A stretch of 64,000 nt of DNA from Macrostomum lignano (Eukaryota). The DNA lies in the NCBI GenBank assembly GCA_002269645.1, contig NIVC01001614.1:39324-103323 (forward strand), read 5' to 3'. Position 1 is the stretch's first letter, and each line of letters begins with the position of its first letter. The notes under the pieces were generated by a model that saw nothing but the letters and a program-made list of their open reading frames with translations, was not told where the DNA came from and did no database searches. Positions 40,751-53,984 of this stretch are shown here, piece by piece. A program made the position numbers and the translations under genes.

Positions 40751-41179
40751 TGTATTGAGGCGCGGTTGAAAAACTATGATTTGTTTATCAGCATATTCAA
40801 CACCAATTAAATTTGTAAAGTGGAAGCTGATAGGTGCAAACCATATGTTTTCATATACACGTAATATAAAAAAGAATGTTAAATTTCCATGAGCTCTGTA
40901 TCTAATTCTAGTTTTATCTTATTTAATCATCAATACACAGCTTCTGAGCACAATTCTAACGAAAGTGTACCATAGACATGGAAGTTCTGCATCATTAACG
41001 TACTAAAGTCTTTTTATGATCTGTTAGGCCATAAAGTCAATATTTGATTTCGCACACAGCCACAATTCACTCAGTGCAACAGAGAATATTCAGCTTGTCT
41101 CCTTGCTTCCCAAGCAGTACCTAAGTACATGTAGCATCATCGCCATCAATTATGAAATAAAATCATCCGACTACTCTAG

Positions 41180-41530
41180 ACCGCTCTCCTAACTGCTCTC
41201 TCATTGGCTGAGCTAGATTGGGCCTGCCCCTCTGGACTGAGTTTCGTCCTTCTAACTTTGACCTCTCTCCTAACTGCTCTCTCATTGGCTGAGCTAGATT
41301 GGGCCTGCCCCTCTGGACTGAGTTTCGTCCTTCTAACTTTGACCTCTCTCCTAACTGCTCTCTCATTGGCTGAGCTAGATTGGGCCTGCCCCTCTGGACT
41401 GAGTTTCGTCCTTCTAACTTTGACCTCTCTCCTAACTGCTCTCTCATTGGCTGAGCTAGATTGGGCCTGCCTGAGTTTCGTCCGTGTAACATCGACCTGT
41501 CTCTTTACTGCTCTCTTATTGGCTGAGCTC
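41180..41530. repeat. 81-bp minisatellite x about 4, each unit with a CCAAT box on the minus strand
   Basis: Directly visible; related to the array at 55945-56275. Confidence 0.92.
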
Positions 41531-41972
41531 AAACCGGCAAAATTTAAAACAGTAAAATCAAAACAGGTTTCTTTATTAATTCCAGTTGGAAGTAAAATTC
41601 AAACCGCGAGCAATTATTACGGATGTAAATTTGTTTATTTAAATGCGCAATCGTATATAAGATTCAAAAACATTCAGTAGACTACCGAGGAATAACCAAG
41701 AATCGCTAAAGTTACTATTTAATCAGAATCAGAGATACTAAAATAATTACTAGTTATTTTACTATCCGTGGTGTGCACAGACGTTTCTTTCGTAGCAACT
41801 TTTTCAGGGCTACGTGAGGGATTTTACGATTCAAATCTTTATTCGTCTACTTTTCTCAGTAGTCTAAATTGAATCTCCCACAGTGAGCTAAGATACATTC
41901 TTTATCTGAGCGTTCAAATAAATCCTGATAAAACAGTAACTTCCAGTAGTCCTTCGTGCTAACATTGAATAG

Positions 41973-42788
41973 TCATCTGAGGAAGGCAACCTCCAAGATG
42001 CTGACCTCAATATCTTTGGACTCCTTAAGATGATGGTTGTACGATCTGTTTAGATTATATCGCAGATTAGCAACCTGACTGACGCTATAGTCGCGACCTT
42101 CCACCATAGCGCTAGCAACGTCATCGCTGCTCATCAGCTTCCGAGCGCAGGCCTGCCTCGCGCGATGCATCACAAATGGCATTGTGGCAGTTTTGTGCAA
42201 CGAGAACACTAACCCACAAGAAGCGGCAATACCGGCTTCTAAAAAAGCAATATCAATTCCTTTCGATGATGTTGACTGTCCTGCTTTCTTGTTCCTCCTA
42301 TTACTATTGCTTTTGTGACTGAGTTTCGCGTCGCTGTAAGTGCCAAACGGTGGATTGGTCACAACCACATCGAACTGTCTTTGATGAACCAGTCCAGCCG
42401 ACAGGCGAGTCACATCCGCCTGCAGCAGATCCCAGTTCGCTGATACGTCATTATCATCATCATCATTGCCAGGTGAAAACAGCTCCATCAAGTTGGAGCG
42501 GCAGAGGTCAAGCGAGTCGCTGTCAATATCGACTCCGCACACGTAACCGGAGCCCAAAGCCAGACAGCCGGTCATGAGGGCGCCGGGACCGCAGCCCAGA
42601 TCCAATACGGACTGCTCGGCAGTGAAGCAATTCCAGCGCATCTTGGCATCGTACAGCCAGCTGGCAGCCACCTCGCCAGGCGTGGCGTATTGCTCCCAAC
42701 GCGATTGAGGATTAGCAAATGTTGGCACCTGTTGCAGCAGCGATTCTAACTGTTTCCGATTGCGAACCAGAGGCTGTACAGGGGCCAT
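41973..42788 (-). CDS. METTL5: 18S rRNA N6-adenosine methyltransferase METTL5, intronless
   Basis: LESLLQQV..F..P...EQY.T, SAM motif VLDLGCGPG, NPPFG, GID.AFL, VFSLHK..T, LRYNL..SY.HH...S.DIEV. True ATG at 42788 (the track used TTG). Confidence 0.93.
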   Translation of the reverse strand: MAPVQPLVRNRKQLESLLQQVPTFANPQSRWEQYATPGEVAASWLYDAKMRWNCFTAEQSVLDLGCGPGALMTGCLALGSGYVCGVDIDSDSLDLCRSNLMELFSPGNDDDDNDVSANWDLLQADVTRLSAGLVHQRQFDVVVTNPPFGTYSDAKLSHKSNSNRRNKKAGQSTSSKGIDIAFLEAGIAASCGLVFSLHKTATMPFVMHRARQACARKLMSSDDVASAMVEGRDYSVSQVANLRYNLNRSYNHHLKESKDIEVSILEVAFLR

Positions 42789-42844
42789 GCAGCGAGCCGA
42801 CAAGTTTTAAGATAATCTAGGTTAATTAGAAACATTATTGCTGA

Positions 42845-43445
42845 GACGAGATGCGAGACTGGGGAGTGATTTAGTGAGAGGAGATCTGAGGCTGAGACTG
42901 ATATGAGAGACTTGGCGAAAAGAGATCTAAAACTGAGATGAGAGATTTAGTGAGAGGACATCTGAAACTCAAATGTGAGATTTGGTGAGAAGAGATTTGA
43001 GAATGAGATGTGAGACTTGGCGAGAAGACATCTGAAACTGAGACGAGAGATTTAGTGAGAGGAGATCTGAGATTTAGATGAGAGATTTAGTGAGAGATGT
43101 GAGAATTGGTGAGAAGAGATCTGAAACTGAGATGAGAGACTTGGCGAGAAGAGATCTGAGATTGAGATGAGAGATTTGGTGAGATGAGATCTGAGATTGA
43201 GATGAGAGATTTGGTGAGATGAGATCTGAGACGTGAGACTTGGCGAGAAGAGATCTGAAACTCAGATGAGAGATTTGATAAGAGGAAATGAAACTCAGAT
43301 GAGAGATTTGATGAGAAGAGATCTGAAACTCAGATGAGAGATTTGATGAGAAGAGATCTGAAACTAAGATAAGAGATTTGGTGAGAATAGATCAGAGACT
43401 GAGATGAGAGATTTGGTGAGAAGAGATCTGAAAGTGAGAAGATAT
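42845..43445. repeat. Degenerate GA-rich minisatellite of about 33-35 bp (GAGATGAGAGATTTGGTGAGAAGAGATCTGAAACT)
   Basis: Directly visible. Confidence 0.85.
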
Positions 43446-43789
43446 CTGGCAAGACGAGTTTTGATTTTTAAAATCAAAAAGACAGTTGATTCTCTATCGA
43501 AATTTTGTTAAATTGATTTCAAACAAACATTTCAATAATACAGTAATTAAGTAGTATATTTAGAACATCATACTCAAACACAAGTTTTAGCAGCCACTTT
43601 TGATAAGAATTTAATTTATTAATGTACTTTTATGCGATTTTTCAAGTTAGCAATTTTTCATAAGCAAATCATTATCCTCAAGTAAAGTACAGGAAATGCA
43701 TTTGCGAAGCACGATTCATATGGACAGGCAAATACGATGTTTAAATACAATAATGATTGCATGTAGAAAATTTACATACTCTTAATCAT

Positions 43790-44785
43790 AGGAGCTTCGC
43801 AGATTGTTGAGAGTTCTAAGAGTTCGTAGAGAGCCACATTTATGGAAGATGACACAGGCACATTTAAGGAAGAAGTAGCTTTTAGATCGTAAGGAGCTAC
43901 ATCTGTAAAATAGAATATGTGCTGAAAAAATCGTATATCCTTATAAGGGAGTCAAATTTGTGGAAGAGAGTACATTTAAGAGACTGTAGAGAGCCAAATT
44001 TTCGGAAGATGACATGTTTCAAGAAATTGTAGGGAGCCACATCTGTAAAAGATTATTTGTGCTAAAAATCGAAGAAAAGCACATCTGTGGAAGAGAATAT
44101 ATTCTAAGAGAGAGCGTAGAGAGCCACATTTTCGGAAAGAGGACATGTTCTAAGAAATCGTAGGGAGCCACATCTTTAAGACGACACGCGCTAAGAAATC
44201 GTAGGGAGCCACATCTTTAAGACGACACGCGCTAAGAAATCGTAGGGAGCCACATCTGTAAGAGGACACGCGCTAAGAAATCGTAGGGAGCCACATCTGT
44301 AAGAGGACACGCGCTAAGAAATCGTAGGGAGCCACATCTTTAAGACGACACGCGCTAAGAAATCGTAGGGAGCCACATCTTTAAGACGACACGCGCTAAG
44401 AAATCGTAGGGAGCCACATCTGTAAGAGGACACGCGCTAAGAAATCGTAGGGAGCCACATCTGTAAGAGGACACGCGCTAAGAAATCGTAGGGAGCCACA
44501 TCTGTAAGAGGACACGCGCTAAAAATCGTAGGGAGCCACATCTGTAAGAGGACACGCGCTAAAAATCGTAGGGAGCCACATCTGTAAGAGGACACGCGCT
44601 AAAAATCGTAGGGAGCCACATCTGTAAGAGGACACGCGCTAAAAATCGTAGGGAGCCACATCTGTAAGAGGACACGCGCTAAGAAATCGTAGGGAGCCAC
44701 ATCTGTAAGAGGACACGCGCTAAAAATCGTAGGGAGCCACATCTGTAAGAGGACACGCGCTAAGAAATCGTAGGGAGCCACATTT
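43790..44785. repeat. 41-bp minisatellite (GTAGGGAGCCACATCTGTAAGAGGACACGCGCTAAGAAATC); homogeneous at 44150-44785, diverged copies to the left
   Basis: Directly visible. Confidence 0.93.
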
Positions 44786-44921
44786 TGTGAAGAGAGTATG
44801 AGTATATTTCTATATGAGTATATAAATATTTAACGCAGAGCAAATAGGGCTTTCAAAGTTTCGAATGCGTGATAAATTCTCCTTAGATATATTAAATTAA
44901 GATTAATCCACATTATTACTA

Positions 44922-45395
44922 TTAGTAGCGTCGATAGGACTTGCTAGCGGATCCACTGGAATTGTCTCCGTTATTCCTATCGAAATGACGACTGTCTCGT
45001 TTAACACCGGCGGCAATATTTCTCGACGGTTCGTTGCGTTGATAATAATCGCCGTCTCGACTGTCGCCTCTGTGGTTGCCATGGTAACGCTGGCGCTGCT
45101 GATGCCGCCGACCCTCGCTAGTCCAGTCGTACTGCCGCCGGGGATTCCGGTACCAGCGGGTCACCACGGGGGGTGTTGGCGATTTCTCGCGATTCCAACA
45201 GGCCTGAAAGTCCGGATCCTGCTCGGTGAACCGGTGCTGGAATTTCATCTCTAATTGGAGGACGCTGAGACCGCCGGATGGCGGAGCTGCGGCTGCTGCG
45301 GTTGACTGCTCAACAGCTGTCTTAGAAGACTCTGCTGCCTCTGCTGTTGCCTGAGATGAACTTTTCTCAGCTGCAGCTTCTTCTGGCATTTTCAT
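44922..45395 (-). CDS. RAMAC: RNA guanine-7 methyltransferase activating subunit (RAM/FAM103A1)-like, intronless
   Basis: LEMKFQHRFTEQDPDFQACWNREKSPTPPVVTRW resembles the RAM domain (FEEMFASRFTENDKEY...PPIVEEW); R/N/D/Y-rich disordered tail; ATG at 45395. Confidence 0.75.
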   Translation of the reverse strand: MKMPEEAAAEKSSSQATAEAAESSKTAVEQSTAAAAAPPSGGLSVLQLEMKFQHRFTEQDPDFQACWNREKSPTPPVVTRWYRNPRRQYDWTSEGRRHQQRQRYHGNHRGDSRDGDYYQRNEPSRNIAAGVKRDSRHFDRNNGDNSSGSASKSYRRY

Positions 45396-45814
45396 GAATA
45401 AATGAGTTGATTGCTTTATTAGGCCAGCCAAGTTGGTCTAGCGCTTCAAGTTAAGCAGAGCTGGCCGCGGTTAGTGCGCAGCTTAACTATCGAAAATTTG
45501 ACTGCCTAAACTAACGCTTAACCTAAACTCTAACTTATTGAATAAAACCTATCCTGTATCTAAACTATATCATAAAACTAAACTAAACCGAATCTTAAAC
45601 CCTAATCTAAACCTTTAATCTGGGGGTCGGCCAATTTCGGCCCACGAAGCCTCTCTATCCCGCCTCGGGTCCTTTGAAACTTCACAATAGCAATCCGGCC
45701 CGCTCAAGGTTTGTGTCTCTTCTCAGCTCTCTTCTCTCGTCTCTTTTTTCTTTTCTCCGTTCTCTTCTCCCTGCACAGCCTGTGATAGCATGTCAGCGGA
45801 ATGGGCCTCCAATA

Positions 45815-46990
45815 GACAAGGGCGCCCACCTACGAGACAGGGGCACCCACCTAGGAGACAGGGGCGCCCACCTAGGAGACAGGGGCACCCACCTAGGAGA
45901 CAGGGGCGCCCACCTAGGAGACAGGGGCGCCCACCTAGGAGACAGGGGCGCCCACTAAGAGACAGGGGCAACCACCAAAGAAGACAGGGGCGCCCACCTA
46001 GGAGACAGGGGCGCCCACCTAGGAGACAGGGGCGCCCACCTAGGAGACAGGGGCGCCCACCTAGGAGACAGGGGCGCCCACCTAGGAGACAGGGGCGCCC
46101 ACCTAGGAGACAGGGGCGCCCACCTAGGAGACAGGGGCACCCACTTAGGAGACAGGGGCGCCCACTAAGAGACAGGGGCAACAACCAAAGAAGACAGGGG
46201 CGCCCACCTAGGAGACAGGGGCACCCACCTAGGACAGGGGCACCCACTTAGGAGACAGGGGCGCCCACTAAGAGACAGGGGCACCCACCCAGGAGACAGG
46301 GGCGCCCACCTAGGAGACAGGGGCGCCCACCTAGGAGACAGGGGCACCCACCCAGGAGACAGGAGCGCCCACCCAGGAGACAGGAGCGCCCACCCAGGAG
46401 ACAGGAGCGCCCACCAAGGAGACAGGGGCGCCCACTAAGAGACAGGGGCACCCACCAAAGAGACAGGGGCAACCACCAAAGAAGACAGGGGCGCCCACCT
46501 AGGAGACAGGGGCACCCACCTAGGAGACAGGGGCGCCCACCTATAGGAGACTGGGGCGCCCACCTAGGAGACAGGGGTACCCACCTAGGAGACAGGGGCG
46601 CCCACCTATAGGAGACAGGGGCGCCCACCTAGGAGACAGGGGCACCCACCAAGGAGACAGGGGCACCCACCAAGGAGACAGGGGCGCCCACTAAGAGACA
46701 GGGGCACCCACCAAAGAGACAGGGGCACCCACCAAGGAGACAGGGGCGCCCACTAAGAGACAGGGGCACCCACCAAGGAGACAGGGGCGCCCACTAAGAG
46801 ACAGGGGCACCCACCAAAGAGACAGGGGCGCCCACTAAGAGACAGGGGCACCCACCAAAGAGACAGGGGCGCCCACTAAGAGACAGGGGCGCCCACCAAG
46901 AAACAGAGAAGAAACAGAGGCACCCACCAAAAGATAGGGGCGTCCATTTAAAAGACATGGGCGCCCACCTAGGAGACAGGGGCACCCACA
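45815..46990. repeat. 21-bp GC-rich minisatellite (GGAGACAGGGGCGCCCACCTA), about 55 copies
   Basis: Directly visible. Confidence 0.95.
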
Positions 46991-47679
46991 ATGACTTTCC
47001 CACTCTCGTCAGACAGTATACAGCACATTCTCATTATGTTTCGGCAATGAAAGCGTAAAGACAGTTAGTTTATAAAATAAAATTATGTTCAACTCTGTTG
47101 AAAAATTATTTACGCACGTAGCTATACTTTCAGTTTTTGCAGCGCGCAGGTAGCCAAAAACTGATTGAAATATATAGGGGAGTTGCCTGTGTAGATGATG
47201 CACACACACAACTAGATGGCAGTAATAATAATATTAATAATAATAATAAAAATTATACAGAAATTCAATTTATCCAACGGCACAGGAACACCTACAAGAA
47301 AAGCACATGTCAATACCAATAAGAGAAAATTACTGGATAGATGAAAAAATCACAAAACTGTAGTAGTAAGTTAGGCATATAAATAGCAAAATACAGAGAT
47401 AAATATTATAGCATCTACTTAGAATTTCTGCATGCACTTATTAATTTAAGAATCGAAATGAAGTGTGTGCATTTAAACACATTGAAAGCAGTTTAAGTTG
47501 AAAAAAAGCATTATATTTTTCTCAAAATTTATAAAAAATTATAAGCAGACTGTTTTCTGCTATTTGGAAACATAAAAAGTCACAACCAAAAATTATTTTT
47601 GTCTAGTTTTTGATGTTTTGTATATTAAAACAGAAGTTGATGTACTATTAAATTACTTTAATTAAGGACTCGGATAGTC

Positions 47680-47687
47680 TGTCTTTG

Positions 47688-47744
<57 letters not shown>

Positions 47745-47771
47745 TTCTGTCTGTCTGTCTGTCTGTCTACC

Positions 47772-47833
<62 letters not shown>

Positions 47834-47867
47834 CCTGTCTGTCTGTCTGTCTGTCTGTCTGTCTTAA

Positions 47868-47921
<54 letters not shown>

Positions 47922-47983
47922 CCTGTCTGTCTGTCTGTCTGTCTGTCTGTCTGCCTGTCTGTCTGTCTGTCTGTCTGTCTACC

Positions 47984-48021
<38 letters not shown>

Positions 48022-48023
48022 CC

Positions 48024-48073
<50 letters not shown>

Positions 48074-48103
48074 CCTGTCTGTCTGTCTGTCTGTCTGTCT
48101 GTC
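47680..48103. repeat. (TCTG)n microsatellite
   Basis: Directly visible. Confidence 0.97.
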
Positions 48104-48314
48104 TCCCCATCACAGCTGCAGCTCCCAAATTTACAAAAAACTGAATAACAAGAAAATAATGATACATCAGTTTAATATTGTTCCATGTAGATATTACATA
48201 TAAGCAGATACACTTATAGTCAATATGTATAGAAGCAGAAATCTCTTATTCACAAGCGTGACTGAGGCCAGATTAGAGAACAATGGCACATCACAGATCG
48301 CCGCGAAGGCCTCC

Positions 48315-49568
48315 TCACTGGCGCAACTGAGCCAGTCGCTTGTTGAGCGCGTCCTCGCGCTTCCGCTCCTCGGACTGGGCTGACGCGGCCCCCGGGGTGG
48401 CTCCGGCGGCCGGTTCGAGCCCGGCCAATTGGTCGGCCACCTCCAGCCCGTTCTCGTCGGCCACCTGTTGAATCAGGGAGCTCACCTGATCCTCCGGGGC
48501 GCTTAGCGTCATCGCATTGCCCATAGACGATTCTACAGTCTGCGTGCGAACGTCTAAATCTTCGAATGTTTTCTCGAATTTGCCCATCACCTTTTCGACC
48601 TCCTCCAGGTTCATGCTGGACATGGCTCGCTCTAGGTCTTTGGTTACCTAGATTAAAGGAACAGCAACGGTTGCTATGGTCTTAAATTATGCTACATACT
48701 GGTAATCAAAATACTAATTTGATATAAAATTCGCTTACTTAAGTTATTTACCCTACATATCGGCCATCTTACGTGGCAACTTAAAACACTAACTAAGTGT
48801 AGAAGATGGAATAGAAGCTACAGTAAGATTATATAATTGTTCCCTACAAAATAATTTACGCTACATTTCGGGCACAGATACAGATAAACTACTGTTAGAT
48901 CAAACATAAGTTATATAATATAATTTCAATTAAAAATTGCCCTACAAAGCATTTTTCGATACATATCGGCTTTTTTAACAGTATAATTAACTGTTAAATA
49001 CTGTTAAATACATTTAACAGTATTCTGTTAAAATAAGGATAAATTTGTTTGTTTTCCTTTACTCTTATTAAGATAGAAATGTATAAACATCAATCGTACC
49101 TGTCCAATATTTTTAGTAACGCCCTTCATAGTTTGGGCAGTTTGCACTCTAGCAGCTACAGCGTCAATGCGGGCAGCAAACCGGAGATAATTAAGCGATT
49201 CGTTCTTCTTTCTGATGGCATTCTCGGCATAGATTCGAGCGCCTTCGACGTTGCGCTGCTGTAACGCTTTCTTAACTTTGGCCTGTTTAAAATAGGGAAT
49301 TATTTCACAATTTTTGGTTAATAGCATATACTACTGTCAATATTTGCACCGCAAGTAAGTACGATAATTAGCGTTTAATGGTATCCTTCGTTAATAGCGG
49401 CAAAAATGAAAAAATATATGCTGGTCTAGTGAAGAAAATAAAAATTCTCACCTGTTCTTTAGCCTGCTCCTTCTCAGCTTTGGCAGCGAGTCGAGACAAC
49501 TGTTTATTAGTCATGCGAAGATTAAACAATGTTTCTGTTAGATCGGGTTCCTTTCCAAACAGAGGCAT
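48315..49568 (-). CDS. CHMP1: ESCRT-III subunit CHMP1 (CHMP1A-like), 3 exons, 210 aa
   Basis: Exons: 49568-49452, 49282-49100, 48647-48315, all phase 0. Motifs: [59 protein letters not shown]-terminal [16 protein letters not shown]. Confidence 0.95.
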
Positions 49569-50269
49569 GATTGCGTGTCCGATAGAGTTTGCACTGAGCA
49601 TGAAAAAAATAAAGAAATTGTTTTTATCGATACTACTTACTATGATCGCTTAAGTCAGTAGTATAAAACTAACTGAAAAAGAAAGAAATTTAGAAAAAAA
49701 TACAAAAAAACAAGAAGCTACGGGTTAATTCTATTCTGTTGAAACTGAACTTTTAATTTTAAACTTGTTTTATATAAAAATAGCAGCATGGTGATTTTTG
49801 ATAAAATGTTTACAGGGTGATCTTTTCAGTTTTAGCAGGACAAAAATAGACTGAAAATACGAGCGTACATACACTGACACGATCTATCAGATTATTATAT
49901 CAAATTAGGCAAATCTGCAAATAAAATGTTTATAGAGAAAAAATATATTCTTTTTAAAATGTGCTTATTAAAGACAGTGTTCAACTTTGAGTAGGCGATA
50001 AAGAAAATGCATAATAAAATTGTTTATCCAGACCGTATCATACTGGGCACAATAGGAATTTTGGCAATGCTTCTTACCGCTTATTGGTTGCAAACTATGA
50101 TCGAATTATAAAATCAAGTTATGCAGGACTACTGGGATGACTGAACAGAAAATACAAACTAAAAGATAACTTTAATTAGATCAAACAGACCTAAATACTA
50201 GGATTTATTGTAAGAGAAATATGCAAATCGAAAAAAAACAGTTAAAATTACTAGATTTACAGATTTTGA

Positions 50270-52670
50270 CTTTCAGGGTGACAAAGACTACAGAGATTGA
50301 GAGGCCCGTTATTGTTAGTGTGACAAAGACTACAGAGAGAGGCCGGTTATTGTCAGGGTGACAAAGACTACAGAGAGAGGCCCGTTATTGTTAGTGTGAC
50401 AAAGACTACAGAGAGAGGCCGGTTATTGTCAGGGTGACAAAGACTACAGAGAGAGGCCGGTTATTGTCAGGGTGACAAAGACTACAGAGAGAGGCCGGTT
50501 ATTGTCAGGGTGACAAAGACTACAGAGAGAGACCGGTTATTGTCAGGGTGACAAAGACTACAGAGAGACCGGTTATTTTCAGGGTGACAAAGACTACAGA
50601 GAGAGGCCGGTTATTGTCAGGGTGACAAAGACTACAGAGAGAGGCCGGTTATTGTCAGGGTGACAAAGACTACAGAGAGAGGCCGGTTATTGTCAGGGTG
50701 ACAAAGACTACAGAGAGAGACCGGTTATTGTCAGGGTGACAAAGACTACACAGATTGAGAGGCCGGTTATTGTCAGGGTGACAAAGACTACACAGATTGA
50801 GAGGCCGGTTATTGTCAGGGTGACAAAGACTACACAGATTGAGAGGCCGGTTATTGTCAGGGTGACAAAGACTACAGAGAGAGACCGGTTATTGTCAGGG
50901 TGACAAAGACTACAGAGAGAGACCGGTTATTGTCAGGGTGACAAAGACTACAGAGAGAGGCCGGTTATTGTCAGGGTGACAAAGACTACAGAGAGAGGCC
51001 GGTTATTGTCAGGGTGACAAAGACTACACAGATTGAGAGGCCGGTTATTGTCAGGGTGACAAAGACTACACAGATTGAGAGGCCGGTTATTGTCAGGGTG
51101 ACAAAGACTACAGAGAGAGACCGGTTATTGTCAGGGTGACAAAGACTACAGAGAGAGACCGGTTATTGTCAGGGTGACAAAGACTACACAGATTGAGAGG
51201 CCGGTTATTGTCAGGGTGACAAAGACTACACAGATTGAGAGGCCGGTTATTGTCAGGGTGACAAAGACTACAGAGAGAGGCCGGTTATTGTCAGGGTGAC
51301 AAAGACTACAGAGAGAGGCCGGTTATTGTCAGGGTGAAAAAGACTACAGAGAGAGACCGGTTATTGTCAGGGTGACAAAGACTACAGAGAGAGGCCGGTT
51401 ATTGTCAGGGTGACAAAGACTACAGAGAGAGACCGGTTATTGTCAGGGTGACAAAGACTACAGAGAGACCGGTTATTGTCAGGGTGACAAAGACTACAGA
51501 GAGAGGCCGGTTATTGTCAGGGTGACAAAGACTACAGAGAGAGGCCGGTTATTGTCAGGGTGACAAAGACTACAGAGAGAGGCCGGTTATTGTCAGGGTG
51601 ACAAAGACTACAGAGAGAGACCGGTTATTGTCAGGGTGACAAAGACTACACAGATTGAGAGGCCGGTTATTGTCAGGGTGACAAAGACTACACAGATTGA
51701 GAGGCCGGTTATTGTCAGGGTGACAAAGACTACACAGATTGAGAGGCCGGTTATTGTCAGGGTGACAAAGACTACAGAGAGAGACCGGTTATTGTCAGGG
51801 TGACAAAGACTACAGAGAGAGACCGGTTATTGTCAGGGTGACAAAGACTACAGAGAGAGGCCGGTTATTGTCAGGGTGACAAAGACTACACAGATTGAGA
51901 GGCCGGTTATTGTCAGGGTGACAAAGACTACAGAGAGAGACCGGTTATTGTCAGGGTGACAAAGACTACAGAGAGACCGGTTATTGTCAGGGTGACAAAG
52001 ACTACAGAGAGAGACCGGTTATTGTCAGGGTGACAAAGACTACACAGATTGAGAGGCCGGTTATTGTCAGGGTGACAAAGACTACAGAGAGAGGCCGGTT
52101 ATTGTCAGGGTGACAAAGACTACAGAGAGACCGGTTATTGTCAGGGTGACAAAGACTACAGAGAGAGACCGGTTATTGTCAGGGTGACAAAGACTACAGA
52201 GAGAGACCGGTTATTGTCAGGGTGACAAAGACTACACAGATTGAGAGGCCGGTTATTGTCAGGGTGACAAAGACTACACAGATTGAGAGGCCGGTTATTG
52301 TCAGGGTGACAAAGACTACAGAGAGAGGCCGGTTATTGTCAGGGTGACAAAGACTACAGAGAGAGGCCGGTTATTGTCAGGGTGACAAAGATTACAGAGA
52401 GAGACCGGTTATTGTCAGGGTGACAAAGACTACACAGATTGAGAGGCCGGTTATTGTCAGGGTGACAAAGACTACAGAGAGAGGCCGGTTATTGTCAGGG
52501 TGACAAAGACTACAGAGAGAGACCGGTTATTGTCAGGGTGACAAAGACTACACAGATTGAGAGGCCGGTTATTGTCAGGGTGACAAAGACTACAGAGAGA
52601 GACCGGTTATTGTCAGGGTGACAAAGACTACAGAGATTGAGAGGCCAGTTATTGTCAGTGACAAAGACCA
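50270..52670. repeat. 36-41 bp minisatellite (TTATTGTCAGGGTGACAAAGACTACAGAGAGAGGCCGG), about 60 copies
   Basis: Directly visible; each unit contains the hairpin TTGTCA-GGG-TGACAA. Confidence 0.97.
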
Positions 52671-52750
52671 CACAGGCCAATTTTACATTAGGTAGTCAGT
52701 TCAAAACAGTTTTTACAATTTTGAAGTAACACTGAAAAAAAGTAAGCATC

Positions 52751-53290
52751 CTATTTTCTAGACGAAGCAACCCGATCCAAAAAGGCGGCATTTGCCTGAC
52801 GCATTTGATCACGCCGTTGTTCAGTCGATGATTGCTGCTTTGGCGGCTCCTTTGATGTCTTATCAGCTTCGCCAGACAGCGGCCTACCGCCGGACATAGA
52901 TTTAATATTTTTCGTTGCTCTCTCGTATTTAGCCAGCTTCCTACGCTTCATCTCGGCCTCTTGCTGCTCAATAAAAGACCGACGAAGACTGCCGCTTGAT
53001 GTTTCACCGCCGCCGCCGCCTAATTGATGAGTGAAAGGCGCCGGTCTATTAGCTTCTACATAGGCGGCTAACTGTTGGCTCTCCCGTTCAGCTATTTGTT
53101 GATTTAATTGTCGCCGCTCACTATTGGCTGGCAGTACGCTGTAGCTGCCCCGATATTCTAACTGCCTGCCCCCTGCCTGGCGCTGATTGGCTAATTGATC
53201 CGATTGGCTGCCGTCAGGATTGGCTGGGTTAACACCGCTGCTACGATTATTGTAAATGCCTGTTGGCTGAGCGTTGGAATCGCTGTACAT
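52751..53290 (-). CDS. EPSTI1: Epithelial-stromal interaction protein 1-like, intronless, 179 aa
   Basis: GSYSVLPANSERRQLNQQIAERESQQLAAYVEANRP....LGG resembles EPSTI1 (GAYTLIAPNINRRNEIQRIAEQEL..LEKWKEQNRAKP...LGG); C-terminal RRDQMRQANAAFLDRV; ATG at 53290. Confidence 0.7.
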   Translation of the reverse strand: MYSDSNAQPTGIYNNRSSGVNPANPDGSQSDQLANQRQAGGRQLEYRGSYSVLPANSERRQLNQQIAERESQQLAAYVEANRPAPFTHQLGGGGGETSSGSLRRSFIEQQEAEMKRRKLAKYERATKNIKSMSGGRPLSGEADKTSKEPPKQQSSTEQRRDQMRQANAAFLDRVASSRK

Positions 53291-53984
53291 TGCTGTGTAC
53301 ACAGAAATATGTGTAAATAAATTTAAATTTAAATAAGCAAGATTAAACAAGGAGAAAAAAACAAGGTTTAGTGCTATGATCTTTTTTATTGATTTATCTA
53401 TCTATTTGTCTAACTACGTATCTATCTCTATCTATCTATCTATCTATCTATCTATTTATCCAACTATATATCCACCCATCTTTATTCCTCTTTATCTCCA
53501 TAATATACTACATGTAGCACTCTCCGGAATTCCGACAGACTAAAAAGCCAAAAAAGCATCAAGGTAAACAACAAAGCATCAAACTGCTTGTCTTCCGAAC
53601 AAAAAACTCAGATAGACAATATTGTCTGGCTGTTTATTTGTTTTATTATCGCGGTTCCCTTTTCGAGTTTTTTTTACGTTGCAGACTTATTAATTGATTT
53701 TAATTACTATATAGTTACTTGTACGCAAACACTGCGGCTACACAGCGGGGTTCGTGAATTGAGAGTTATTAATAGAGATATACTTTTTGTCTAAAAGCTA
53801 AAGGAGTCAGTTATACTTAAGATAGACAGACAGAAGAGACAGGGTATAATTGTGAGAATTAACTAAAGCAATCATCAAATGGCGACTTTTATTAGGTATT
53901 GATAAATTCTATGGCTATTATCTAGCGTATAGTTTGTATTAGAAACAATATAGTTGTCAGTCAGTTCGAATAGACGAGGCCAAC

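Noticed and set aside
45500-45620. Telomere-like TAAACC/TAACCC stretch, and GGGTTAGG in the 23.4-kb array
   Set aside because: Too degenerate and short for an interstitial (TTAGGG)n array.
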